Shown: positions 37,637 through 46,583 of the stretch, piece after piece
Numbering within the stretch: the first letter of the stretch is position 1
Layout: every line of letters starts with the position of its first letter
Origin: Bacteroidales bacterium
GTDB taxonomy: Bacteria; Bacteroidota; Bacteroidia; Bacteroidales; VadinHA17
Assembly (NCBI GenBank): GCA_040769065.1
Contig: JAXGLU010000001.1
Span: 2,783,556 to 2,847,555 of the forward strand
Direction: 5' to 3'
DNA length: 64,000 nt
Made by a program: the position numbers and the translations under genes
The notes under the pieces: model-generated
The model's input: only the letters and a program-made list of their open reading frames with translations
Told to the model about the DNA's origin: nothing
The model's database searches: none

Positions 37637-39247
37637 TTAAATTGGAGATAATCCCAATTCTTTCAAAAATTCATTGTGTTTATCTGTATTCATTTTTATG
37701 CTTTTATTTATTTCCGTTAATCTTGTATTTACTTCCTTTAAGTCAACTTTCGCTTCCTCAACGGACGTACTTACATATCTGGAAATATTAAGGTTATAAC
37801 CGTTTTTTTCTATTTCTGCCATTGAAACCCTGCGTGAATAACGTTCTCTTTCTTGTCGGAATTTATAGGTATCTACAATTGTTTTAATATGTTTATCACT
37901 TAAGCTATTCTGCCTTTTTTCTTTATTAAAGTGTTCGCTTGCATTAATAATTAAAACATCATCTTCCTTTTTACATTTCTTTAGCACTAAAATACAAACA
38001 GGAATACCTGTTGAATAAAACAGATTTGAAGGCAAACCAATAACTGTATCAATATTGTTATCTTCTAAAAGCTTTGTGCGTATTCTTTCTTCTGCACCTC
38101 CACGGAATAAAACTCCGTGGGGCAGAATAATTGCCATAACACCTTCTTTTCCGAGGAAGTGAAAACCATGTAACAAAAATGCAAAATCGGCTGCTGATCT
38201 TGGCGCTAATCCATAACTTTTAAATCTGAAATCTTCTGCTATAGTATCGTCCGGATTCCAACGTAAACTAAAAGGCGGATTTGCTACTATTGCATCAAAT
38301 TCTATTTTTTTTGCCGGATTCATCTCGCTGAATATGTCCCATTGATTGAGTAAAGTATCTCCGTGAAATATCTCAAACTCGGTATCTTTCATTCCATGCA
38401 AAAGCATATTCATGCGAGCAAGATTATAGGTTGTGATGTTTTTCTCCTGACCGTATATTTTACCTACACTTCCGCCATTTTCTTTTATACGCTTCCTCAC
38501 ATTCAGTAATAGGGAACCCGAACCACAAGCAAAATCCAGTATTTTATCAAATTTTTTCTTCTTGCCCATACTTGGATCTTGACTATCTAAAGTAACAATC
38601 TCGGATAGAATAGTTGATATTTGCTGTGGAGTATAAAATTCACCTGCTTTTTTGCCGGAGCCTGCGGCAAACTGTCCAATCAAATACTCATAAGCATCTC
38701 CAAGCGTATCTGAATCCATTGAAAAATCAGCAATTCCCTCAGCAATTTTCTGGATTATGGTACAAAGCTTTTTATTTCTGTCTGCTGATGTTTTACCTAA
38801 CTTTTCCGAATTCAGATTGATTTCGGAAAACAAACCCTGAAAAGTGCTTTCAAACGATTCGTTTTCTATATATCTAAATCCTTTATCTAAGGTAACAAGC
38901 AATTCTTTACTTTGGATTCTTGCCATTTCCGCAATATTGCTCCACAAATATTGGGGTTTGATTACATAGTGGATCTTGCGACGCATTTGCTTTTCAAAAT
39001 CTACTATATCTTTTTGATTTTGTTCGTACCAAATAGACAAAGATGTTTTACCTCCATTGCCATTTAAAACAGGATAATCTCTTCCCAATTCTTTTTTTGC
39101 CGCTTCCTCGTAGTTATGAGATAAATACCTAAGAAATAAAAACGAAAGCATATAATCGCGGAAATCGTCCGCGTTCATTGCTCCACGCAATTCATCTGCA
39201 ATTTTCCAAAGTGTATTTCCTAATTGTGTTTGATTATTTTCTGTCAT
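37637..39247 (-). CDS. hsdM: Type I restriction-modification system, DNA methyltransferase subunit M
   Basis: 536 aa. The HsdM N-terminal domain is LWKIADELRGAMNADDFRDYMLSFLFLRYLS. The AdoMet motif is ILDFACGSGSLL. The catalytic motif is IVANPPFS. Confidence 0.92.
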   Translation of the reverse strand: MTENNQTQLGNTLWKIADELRGAMNADDFRDYMLSFLFLRYLSHNYEEAAKKELGRDYPVLNGNGGKTSLSIWYEQNQKDIVDFEKQMRRKIHYVIKPQYLWSNIAEMARIQSKELLVTLDKGFRYIENESFESTFQGLFSEINLNSEKLGKTSADRNKKLCTIIQKIAEGIADFSMDSDTLGDAYEYLIGQFAAGSGKKAGEFYTPQQISTILSEIVTLDSQDPSMGKKKKFDKILDFACGSGSLLLNVRKRIKENGGSVGKIYGQEKNITTYNLARMNMLLHGMKDTEFEIFHGDTLLNQWDIFSEMNPAKKIEFDAIVANPPFSLRWNPDDTIAEDFRFKSYGLAPRSAADFAFLLHGFHFLGKEGVMAIILPHGVLFRGGAEERIRTKLLEDNNIDTVIGLPSNLFYSTGIPVCILVLKKCKKEDDVLIINASEHFNKEKRQNSLSDKHIKTIVDTYKFRQERERYSRRVSMAEIEKNGYNLNISRYVSTSVEEAKVDLKEVNTRLTEINKSIKMNTDKHNEFLKELGLSPI

Positions 39248-40383
39248 GCCGTTATTGTTGTATTTTGTTCATTAAAGATTTCAGGAAAATAAAATTCATA
39301 TTTTTCCAAAAATTCATTTAAAATTCGTTTGAATAATTCCTTATTATCATCTCCCATTTCTACGGGGTCAAAAATTGAATATTTGCCATGGCTAAACAGT
39401 TGCAAAGCACGTTCAAAAAGTATTTCATCATCCAAGCCTTGGATGCATTTGTCAATTTTGTTGTAACCAAAAAAACTTGCAGTTTTTTCCAGTATACTTC
39501 TTAATGCATTAAAATGATAAGTGTATATCTTATTGGATTCTACAACTTGCTTTAATTCACTGAGTATTGCGATATGATGGAAAAAAGGTGTATCGCTGGT
39601 ATCTTGCAAAGAATATTCGTTAGGCCCATTAAAATGCAAAAAATAGCGTTTGTTCTTTACCTTTCTGCCAAATTCATTGAATAACACATTAAAGAACAAA
39701 CTGTGGTGCGTCGAAATCACTGTTTTTATTTCATTATCTTCTCTTGTAAGTAAGTTTGCTAAATCGCAAGCTACAGAAATAGCGTTGTTTTCATCTAATG
39801 ATGAAACAGGGTCGTCGATGTAAATATATTTAACCCAATTATAGGCAGGGTCTTTATCAATCGCTAACTGACAAATTGCTAAGAAAAAACACCAGATGAA
39901 TAGGTTTTCCTCACCACGAGAAATTTTTATATTTTCTATTCTTTGTTCATTACCATCAACAACTATACTTCTTGAAAAAGCAACTGTGGAAGTTTCGTAA
40001 TTAATATCAAATCGTAAATCGGCATAATTGTGAAAAAAGGATTCAATTTTAGCATCTAAATCTAATTCTCGTAAGCCTTCAAAGAAAGCTGAATCGGAGT
40101 TTAACTTTAAATACCTGTCAATGTCATTCACAAAGTCGTTATGCCAAGAGAATAAATCTTCAGTAAAAGCATTAAAGTATAAAGTATCTCTTGAAATCAC
40201 ATTGCCATCTGCATCAAACTGTTTTCCAGCCTGTTTAAACTCCATCGACAGTCTTGTCTTTCCTATACCATTATGTGCAAAAAGAAGTACTAAATCTTTC
40301 TCTTTACGGTTATCGCCTGTTAAGTCTTTACGGAGATGGCTGGCTATATCAGTTAGATTGTTAAATTTTGCTATTGTACTCAT
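39244..40383 (-). CDS. PrrC-like ABC-type ATPase embedded in the Type I R-M operon (candidate anticodon nuclease)
   Basis: 379 aa. Walker A is AHNGIGKT (36-43). The ABC-signature-like motif is ISRGEEN (154-160). Walker B/D-loop is YIYIDDPVSSLD (186-197). The H-loop is STHH (224-227). The C-terminal region has R295-x3-E299 and H332. The start overlaps the hsdM... end of the previous gene arrangement: ATGA overlap with hsdM, and a 2-nt gap to hsdS. Confidence 0.55.
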   Translation of the reverse strand: MSTIAKFNNLTDIASHLRKDLTGDNRKEKDLVLLFAHNGIGKTRLSMEFKQAGKQFDADGNVISRDTLYFNAFTEDLFSWHNDFVNDIDRYLKLNSDSAFFEGLRELDLDAKIESFFHNYADLRFDINYETSTVAFSRSIVVDGNEQRIENIKISRGEENLFIWCFFLAICQLAIDKDPAYNWVKYIYIDDPVSSLDENNAISVACDLANLLTREDNEIKTVISTHHSLFFNVLFNEFGRKVKNKRYFLHFNGPNEYSLQDTSDTPFFHHIAILSELKQVVESNKIYTYHFNALRSILEKTASFFGYNKIDKCIQGLDDEILFERALQLFSHGKYSIFDPVEMGDDNKELFKRILNEFLEKYEFYFPEIFNEQNTTITA

Positions 40384-40385
40384 TC

Positions 40386-41627
40386 TTAGTTATTCATTTT
40401 AGGAAACAATCCCTGCATTAATCCTTTTTTATGTAGTTTTAAATGCTCTATTTTTTCCGCTTGTGCTGTGATGAGTTCATCTAAGGAGGATAGGCAAGAG
40501 GATATTTTTTGTTGTTCTTTAATACTTGGTACTAATAATTCTAACTCTTTAATTCTTGAAACTGATACAACATTTTTAATGGCACCACCAGCCGATTGTA
40601 ATAATAAATTGTTTTGGATATTTTCAGTTTCCAATGTGGTTTTGATAAACAAATTGTCATAACCTTTTTTTACTGTTAACTTCAAAAGAGCCTGATTAAT
40701 CACTCCTTCTTTATAATCTTGTGGTATAATGGCAAATTTTCCCATTGTGCCAGAACAGCTCATAATTAAGTCTCCAGACTTAACACAAAACCTCTTTAAT
40801 TCTGAAAACTTATCTTCTTTTATGTAATATCTAAAAGAACTAAAATCACTATAAATAGCATGTGATTGCTCATAAACGGCATATCCTTCTTTTACAAATA
40901 TTTCCTTTTTTAATGCGCTTCCAAAAGGACCTCTAACAAGTTTACATAATTCGTCAAGTCGTTTTGTAATCCATTCCCCATCTTTTTCAAACTCCTTAAA
41001 CCTTAACTTAGGCACTTTTTCACCTTCTTGTGGGAAAAGGTTTTGCATCAAACCTTTTTTATGCTCTTTAAGCAAGTCTAACTTTTGGCTGTGGACTTCA
41101 ATTACTTCATCTAAAGATGAAAGACATAAGGCGATTTTTTGTTGCTCGGATGGTTTTGGAATAGGAACTAGAAGTCCATTAACATCATTACTATTTATGG
41201 CATCAAAGGTTCCTCCTTGAGAAATTTTCTCCCAAGACGATTCGTAAGAAAACAACCATTGATAAAGATATTCTTGGGAATTTGGTTTTTTTGCTCTAAT
41301 AGCCGATAGACCTCTTCCTATACAAGCATTATGTAAAGATTTTGCAACAGTACCAACAGGAGCTCTTACACTCAATAAAATATCTCCAACTTTACATTCT
41401 TTGGTAATTTCAGTTGTATAAATTCTTGGAACTGACAATCTGTTTTTTATATCTGCATTTCCTTGTAATAATGGAAGTCCAATTTTATTTTCATTGTAAG
41501 ATGTGGAACTTGGTGACGACCCCATAATAATATCTGAAACATTTAATAAGTTCAGTATATCCCACTCACCATCGTTTTTAAACTCAGGAAATCTTAATTC
41601 AGGTATTATTTTATTATCTTTACTCAT
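40386..41627 (-). CDS. hsdS: Type I restriction-modification system, specificity subunit S
   Basis: 413 aa. It has two target-recognition domains, each preceded by (E)LRFPEF/KLRFKEF and followed by conserved helices (LKEHKKGLMQNLFP / LKLHKKGLMQGLFP). It overlaps hsdR by 8 nt. Confidence 0.9.
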   Translation of the reverse strand: MSKDNKIIPELRFPEFKNDGEWDILNLLNVSDIIMGSSPSSTSYNENKIGLPLLQGNADIKNRLSVPRIYTTEITKECKVGDILLSVRAPVGTVAKSLHNACIGRGLSAIRAKKPNSQEYLYQWLFSYESSWEKISQGGTFDAINSNDVNGLLVPIPKPSEQQKIALCLSSLDEVIEVHSQKLDLLKEHKKGLMQNLFPQEGEKVPKLRFKEFEKDGEWITKRLDELCKLVRGPFGSALKKEIFVKEGYAVYEQSHAIYSDFSSFRYYIKEDKFSELKRFCVKSGDLIMSCSGTMGKFAIIPQDYKEGVINQALLKLTVKKGYDNLFIKTTLETENIQNNLLLQSAGGAIKNVVSVSRIKELELLVPSIKEQQKISSCLSSLDELITAQAEKIEHLKLHKKGLMQGLFPKMNN

Positions 41628-44586
41628 AAGTTGCTAATCCTGAAATTTCACGCCCTTGGGCTAATTTTTTTAATAATGGTACTAAGTCTTCCATCAGTGC
41701 CAATTCTTTCCCCTTACGTTCTCTCCAGCCAAGTTCTAATGGTTCAAACAGGTCTGTAAGTTTTTCGCCGTCAAAAATCATCCGACTCATAATCTGTTCC
41801 ACAAAGGTTTTCAAATCTGCTGTTTTTATCCCAATTTTGTTTGCAAGGTCAGACAGTTCTTTGTTGTATTTATTGTCTCTAAATATGTCGTAACCCTTAC
41901 GCAAAGTTTCTACGTCTTGCCCGCTGTTCCAGTCCAAACCATTGATATATTCGGTTAAATCTTCCTGTTCGTCCATCAGGTTGGAACTTGAACTTAGCAA
42001 ACTAATAACCTGTGCTTTGGTCATTTTCTGTTTGGCAGGTTTCTTTTGCGTACTGTCGGCAATCAGATTCATAATATAGTCGTAGTCAATGATTGCCGAA
42101 GCAAACAACACAAATTCAAAATCCAATTGTTGTACTTCGGGTGCTGCCGAATCGCCTTCTTTTTGCTGTATGGTTCTTAGCTGCTTAGCGGTTTCGATAT
42201 ATGAACTGCGAAACTCCTGCAATTTCTCTTTTGGTAAAATTGCCTCAATTTCAGCTTGCTGTGATTCATCTATATCAGTATATTGGTCTAATTGGGTTTT
42301 TAATCGTTGTATTTCTTTGAAGTTTTTTATAAATGCAATTCTGGCTGCATCGCCTTTCAGGTTATATACTTCCTGCGGTTCGTTTACCAGATTATGTTCC
42401 TGCATAAATGCCCCCAAAGCTTCAATGGCATTTTTGTATTTGTCAATTACCACAGGAGCGGGATCAACCAACCATATTTCTCTGGCTTTTCCGCTATCTT
42501 CGCCTGAGAACAAAGCAATAGCCTGATTCACGGCTTCCTGTTGCGAACGGAAATCTAAAATATTACCGTAAGGTTTGGTGTCGTTTAGTATCCGGTTGGT
42601 GCGAGAGAATGCCTGAATTAATCCGTGGTATTTCAGGTTTTTGTCAACGTACAAGGTATTAAGGTATTTTGAATCAAAGCCAGTGAGCAACATATCCACT
42701 ACAATGGTAATATCAATCTTGTTTTTGGGCGGATAATCCTTGTTGCTGTATTTTTGGTTCTTTATTCGCGTTTGAATATCCTGATAATACAAATCAAAAT
42801 CGTAGATGTTGTGATTTGTGCCATATTGTAGATTATAATCTTCAATAATGGTTTTTAATGCAGCTTTCTTTTCTTCAGGATTTTGTTTGTTATCCTCTTT
42901 CTCCTGTACCAAATCTTCTTGTATTTGCTGAATGTCTTTATTCCCTTCGGCTGGAGGAGAAAACACACAAGCAATATTCAAAGGAATATAGTCTGGATTT
43001 TCGTTTTGCTTTTTCTTCTGAATTTCTTCGAATAACTGATAATACTCAATAGCATTATTAATAGATGCCGTCGCCATTATAGCATTGAAACGTCTTGAAT
43101 TTGTTGCCGCATCGTGTTTTTCTAAAATGGCTTCAACAACGGCTTGTTGGGTGATGGGTTCGCCTGGCTTTGGATTTTGATTGCCTTTGCCCTTGTAATA
43201 ATCAATGTGAAAACGCAATACATTTTTATCCTCTATGGCGTGCGTTATTGTATAGGCGTGTAATTGTTTGTCAAAAAGATCTTGTGTGGTTTTATAAGAG
43301 GCATAATCCCCTTCTCTGATGTTATAAGTAGCGTTTTCATCAAAAATGGGAGTGCCTGTAAAACCAAATAATTGAGCATTTGGAAAAAACTCTTTTATGG
43401 CTTTGTGATTATCGCCAAACTGTGAACGGTGGCATTCGTCAAAGATGAAAACCATACGCTTTTTGCGAAGAGTTTCTAAACGCTCTTTATAATTCCTTTT
43501 GTATGTGCCATCTAAAGCCAGTCCTAGTTTTTGAATAGTTGTTACAATAACTTTATTGGCATAATCGGTCGATAGCAAACGCCTTACTAATGTTTCGGTA
43601 TTAGTGTTTTCTTCAACGCTTCCCTCTTGAAATCTATTAAATTCTTCTCGTGTTTGTCGGTCAAGGTCTTTACGGTCAACTACAAACAAGCATTTTTCTA
43701 TTTCATTATTGCCTTTGAGTAATGTTGATGCTTTAAAGGAAGTTAAAGTTTTGCCACTTCCCGTGGTATGCCAAATGTAGCCGTTCCCTCTGTTTTGCAT
43801 AACACACTCTTCAATTGCTTTTACTGCATAAATTTGGTATGGTCTCATTATAAGCAGTTTTTGTTCGCTTTCTATCAAAACCATATACTTGCTGATCATT
43901 TCACCAAGTGTGCACTTTTTTAGAAACTTTTTTGTGAAAGGTTCAAGGTGTGTGATTTTCTTATTGTTCTCGTCGGCTAACTGGTAAACAGGTAAAAACT
44001 GTTCATCTGCATTGAATGCAAAATGCTGCATCTTGTTGTTGGCAAAATAATAGGTGTTGCTTCGATTGCTCACTATAAACAACTGCATAAAGCAAAGCAA
44101 TGAATTACCATAACCGTTTCCGGCGTCATTCTTGTAATCCACAATTTGCTGCATTGCTTTTCGTGGTGAAACATCAATTTTCTTTAATTCGATTTGCACC
44201 ACCGGCAAGCCGTTTATCAACAAAATAATATCATAGCGGTGACTACTGTTTTCAGTGTTGATACGTAATTGGTTAATGACCTCATAATCGTTTTTACACC
44301 AATCTTTAATGTTTACCAAAGTGTAATGTAAAGGCGTTCCATCTTCACGCTCAAAATAATCTTGTTCGCGAAGCATCTTCGATGCTGTAAATACATCAGG
44401 ATTTATAATTTTCTCACGCAAACGCAAAAATTCACTTTCAGAAAGATTTACACGGTTAAGTGCTTCAAACTTTTTTTTGAAATTTTGTTCAAGCGTTCTA
44501 CGGTCAACTATATCGGGTCGATAGCTGTACTTTAACTCAGTGAGTTGCCTGATAAGGTTTTCTTCTATTTGAAATTCTTTAGCCAT
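41620..44586 (-). CDS. hsdR: Type I restriction enzyme, endonuclease/translocase subunit R
   Basis: 988 aa. The N-terminal PD-(D/E)xK region is RYDIILLINGLPVVQIELKK. The SF2 helicase motifs are WHTTGSGKTLTSF and FIFDECHRSQ. Confidence 0.92.
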   Translation of the reverse strand: MAKEFQIEENLIRQLTELKYSYRPDIVDRRTLEQNFKKKFEALNRVNLSESEFLRLREKIINPDVFTASKMLREQDYFEREDGTPLHYTLVNIKDWCKNDYEVINQLRINTENSSHRYDIILLINGLPVVQIELKKIDVSPRKAMQQIVDYKNDAGNGYGNSLLCFMQLFIVSNRSNTYYFANNKMQHFAFNADEQFLPVYQLADENNKKITHLEPFTKKFLKKCTLGEMISKYMVLIESEQKLLIMRPYQIYAVKAIEECVMQNRGNGYIWHTTGSGKTLTSFKASTLLKGNNEIEKCLFVVDRKDLDRQTREEFNRFQEGSVEENTNTETLVRRLLSTDYANKVIVTTIQKLGLALDGTYKRNYKERLETLRKKRMVFIFDECHRSQFGDNHKAIKEFFPNAQLFGFTGTPIFDENATYNIREGDYASYKTTQDLFDKQLHAYTITHAIEDKNVLRFHIDYYKGKGNQNPKPGEPITQQAVVEAILEKHDAATNSRRFNAIMATASINNAIEYYQLFEEIQKKKQNENPDYIPLNIACVFSPPAEGNKDIQQIQEDLVQEKEDNKQNPEEKKAALKTIIEDYNLQYGTNHNIYDFDLYYQDIQTRIKNQKYSNKDYPPKNKIDITIVVDMLLTGFDSKYLNTLYVDKNLKYHGLIQAFSRTNRILNDTKPYGNILDFRSQQEAVNQAIALFSGEDSGKAREIWLVDPAPVVIDKYKNAIEALGAFMQEHNLVNEPQEVYNLKGDAARIAFIKNFKEIQRLKTQLDQYTDIDESQQAEIEAILPKEKLQEFRSSYIETAKQLRTIQQKEGDSAAPEVQQLDFEFVLFASAIIDYDYIMNLIADSTQKKPAKQKMTKAQVISLLSSSSNLMDEQEDLTEYINGLDWNSGQDVETLRKGYDIFRDNKYNKELSDLANKIGIKTADLKTFVEQIMSRMIFDGEKLTDLFEPLELGWRERKGKELALMEDLVPLLKKLAQGREISGLATYE

Positions 44587-45380
44587 TACTCTTTTTTCAA
44601 TAAATCTTTGGGATTAACATCCAAAATCTTTGCTATTTCATAAAGTACCTCAAGTCTTGGTTGCTGTCTGTTCTGAACATAGGAATTTACCATTTGATAT
44701 AAAACTGTTATTATTTCTGGGACATCTTGATCAAACCCTTGATTTTCTCTTTCTTTTTCCTTTTGATCTTCTCTGTCAATATTACTTAGAGGCGTTTTAA
44801 TATAGTGGTCAAATAAATCTCTGGGTCCAAATTCGTCTCTATCACGAATGAGAGGACAGCAGAATAGACATTCCATTGGAATTGTCAATCGAAGCAAATT
44901 AGTTGAATTAATTCTTTGTCTAGGGTGATTGAATACTAAATTGTATATTTCTTTTGTTGAACAAATATGTAATGTAACAGGACTTGAAGGTAGTTGACAC
45001 CTTTCAACTCCTTCTTGCTTTCCATAAAGTGCATATAAATGATAAAAGCTTTGTACTGAGCTTGAATTAAGTAATAAGTCTATCTGTAAGCCATTTTTGT
45101 TATTTCTTGCCAAGTAATAATAATGATCAATTCCACACTTAACTTTCTTTGCTTGAATACGCAATTTAAAACAGCCATTTCTTAATATCATCCACCAATC
45201 CCAATCCGCACCATAGAATTTTCCTTTTTTTTGTCTATTGAACTGATAATATCTTATATGATTAGTATGTTGGTCAAAATAATCAAGCAACCAATCTGTG
45301 ATTGACTTTTCTTTTAACTCAGGCTGTCTTGTTAACCAACCATTTACATAAATTTTAGCATCTCTTGCGGTTTGACACAT
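44586..45380 (-). CDS. uncharacterised protein, first gene of the hsd operon (nuclease-like motif plus degenerate XRE-HTH tail)
   Basis: 264 aa. Its stop TAA overlaps the hsdR ATG (TAATG). It contains YGADWDWWMIL...FKLRIQAKKV (D ... Q-x-K, PD-(D/E)xK-like). The C-terminal NRQQPRLEVLYEIAKILDVNPKDLL looks like the last helices of an XRE-type HTH. Confidence 0.6.
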   Translation of the reverse strand: MCQTARDAKIYVNGWLTRQPELKEKSITDWLLDYFDQHTNHIRYYQFNRQKKGKFYGADWDWWMILRNGCFKLRIQAKKVKCGIDHYYYLARNNKNGLQIDLLLNSSSVQSFYHLYALYGKQEGVERCQLPSSPVTLHICSTKEIYNLVFNHPRQRINSTNLLRLTIPMECLFCCPLIRDRDEFGPRDLFDHYIKTPLSNIDREDQKEKERENQGFDQDVPEIITVLYQMVNSYVQNRQQPRLEVLYEIAKILDVNPKDLLKKE

Positions 45381-45520
45381 ATCATATTATTAGTTTTTCT
45401 TTATTTAAAGTCCTTTATTCAGATTGTGGTTTCTGTCTTTCTTACTATTGCCGGCAACGGCTTGGGTTATGTGCAGTGGTGGATTTATGGACAATTTTAT
45501 GTCAGCGCGACAAGTAAAAT

Positions 45521-45547
45521 CGTACGTGAATACGACCTACACGTACC
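45521..45547 (-). promoter_or_regulatory. inverted repeat between the 332-aa gene and the hsd operon (terminator or operator)
   Basis: GTACGTG (45522-45528) and CACGTAC (45540-45546) are separated by 11 nt. On the reverse strand it is followed by ATTTTAC, which is only a weak T tract. Confidence 0.3.
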
Positions 45548-45584
45548 ACCAAAACCGACATTATAGTATTAGCTGCTACCAAAT

Positions 45585-46583
45585 TTATTCTTTTATCATT
45601 TCGTCTATTTTTAAATCAGGAACTATACTAAATCCTGTGGTCTTTGAGAATTTCATATTGTGTTTGAAGTTTCTCATGGAGTCCGAAGGGTCTAATGTTT
45701 CAAAATTTAATCGTTCAATTGTCTGTCTTGGAATAGCAACCGATAAAATTGTTTGTTGTTCTAAATGTCCTGTTGCTAGATTTACTAATTCACTTTGAAC
45801 GTTTATAAAAACAAACTCAACGGGTAAAAACGAAAAAATTTCTCTTGCTACACGGAGAACGCAACCACAAATGTAGTCTTGGTATAATTCGTTAAATTTC
45901 CCCTTTGGCATATTTTTTTTGGAAACTTTTCCGGATCTAGTTTGTGTCAGCACGAAATTAGGAATAACAGTTGTTCCATTTGCGTTCAAAGTTACAGAAA
46001 GATGATTTTTGTCAAAGGAAATGGATAAACCACTACCAATTTCATTAATGTCCGAAAATGGGTCTAAATATTCAAGAATTTTTTTGTATGTCTCGGGGTC
46101 TTGGGCAAGAGCTCCTTTTGCCATTTGTTGATACTTTGTCCATTCTGCAAAGTCTTTTTCATATTTTTTTTGTTCTTTTTCAAATTGTTTCTGGTCTTCA
46201 AATTTTGAATTTTGAATTTTGACTTCAAGTTTTTTTATCTTTTTAGCTTTCAGGCCAAATAGTTTATCAAGGAATGAAGGATTGTAATTAGCAAGGTCTT
46301 TTTCAGCCGTTTTTTGCTGTTTGTTGGTTAGTGTCGGTTTTGTCGGTGCCTGTTCTTCAAACACTTCTTGCCAATCAATAGGTTCACTTGTTTCCTTATG
46401 TATTGAAGAAATGAGTTCTATATATTCGTCATATTCATAAACAACACGTTGCCCATTTTCAAATTCTTGCTGTTTGAGCATTGCTTTATACTGTCTCGCA
46501 GATTCGGTTACTCTCCGTTTCTCAGCTCGTTCCATTCGTCTTACGATTGCTACGACTGTTCGCATATTTCCTCTAAAACTCAT
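45585..46583 (-). CDS. uncharacterised protein with basic/coiled-coil N-terminal half and globular C-terminal domain
   Basis: 332 aa. The N-terminus is MSFRGNMRTVVAIVRRMERAEKRRVTESARQYKAMLKQQE, and the middle is K/E/Q-rich. The C-terminal part is ELYQDYICGCVLRVAREIFSFLPVEFVFINV...ERLNFETLDPSDSMRNFKH. No family name can be assigned from memory. Confidence 0.55.
   Translation of the reverse strand: MSFRGNMRTVVAIVRRMERAEKRRVTESARQYKAMLKQQEFENGQRVVYEYDEYIELISSIHKETSEPIDWQEVFEEQAPTKPTLTNKQQKTAEKDLANYNPSFLDKLFGLKAKKIKKLEVKIQNSKFEDQKQFEKEQKKYEKDFAEWTKYQQMAKGALAQDPETYKKILEYLDPFSDINEIGSGLSISFDKNHLSVTLNANGTTVIPNFVLTQTRSGKVSKKNMPKGKFNELYQDYICGCVLRVAREIFSFLPVEFVFINVQSELVNLATGHLEQQTILSVAIPRQTIERLNFETLDPSDSMRNFKHNMKFSKTTGFSIVPDLKIDEMIKE

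Noticed and set aside
40386-41627. A phase-variable hsdS shufflon.
   Set aside because: There is a single hsdS gene. The window holds no silent or inverted hsdS fragments and no adjacent recombinase.
42089-42526. Numerous 60-170-aa ORFs lying antisense or out of frame inside long genes, for example 27607..28035, 35286..35720, 42089..42526, 51007..51507, 57058..57504, 25905..26336 and 3996..4397.
   Set aside because: They are shadow ORFs of well-supported genes. None shows recognisable motifs, and the overlapping long ORFs have clear family signatures.
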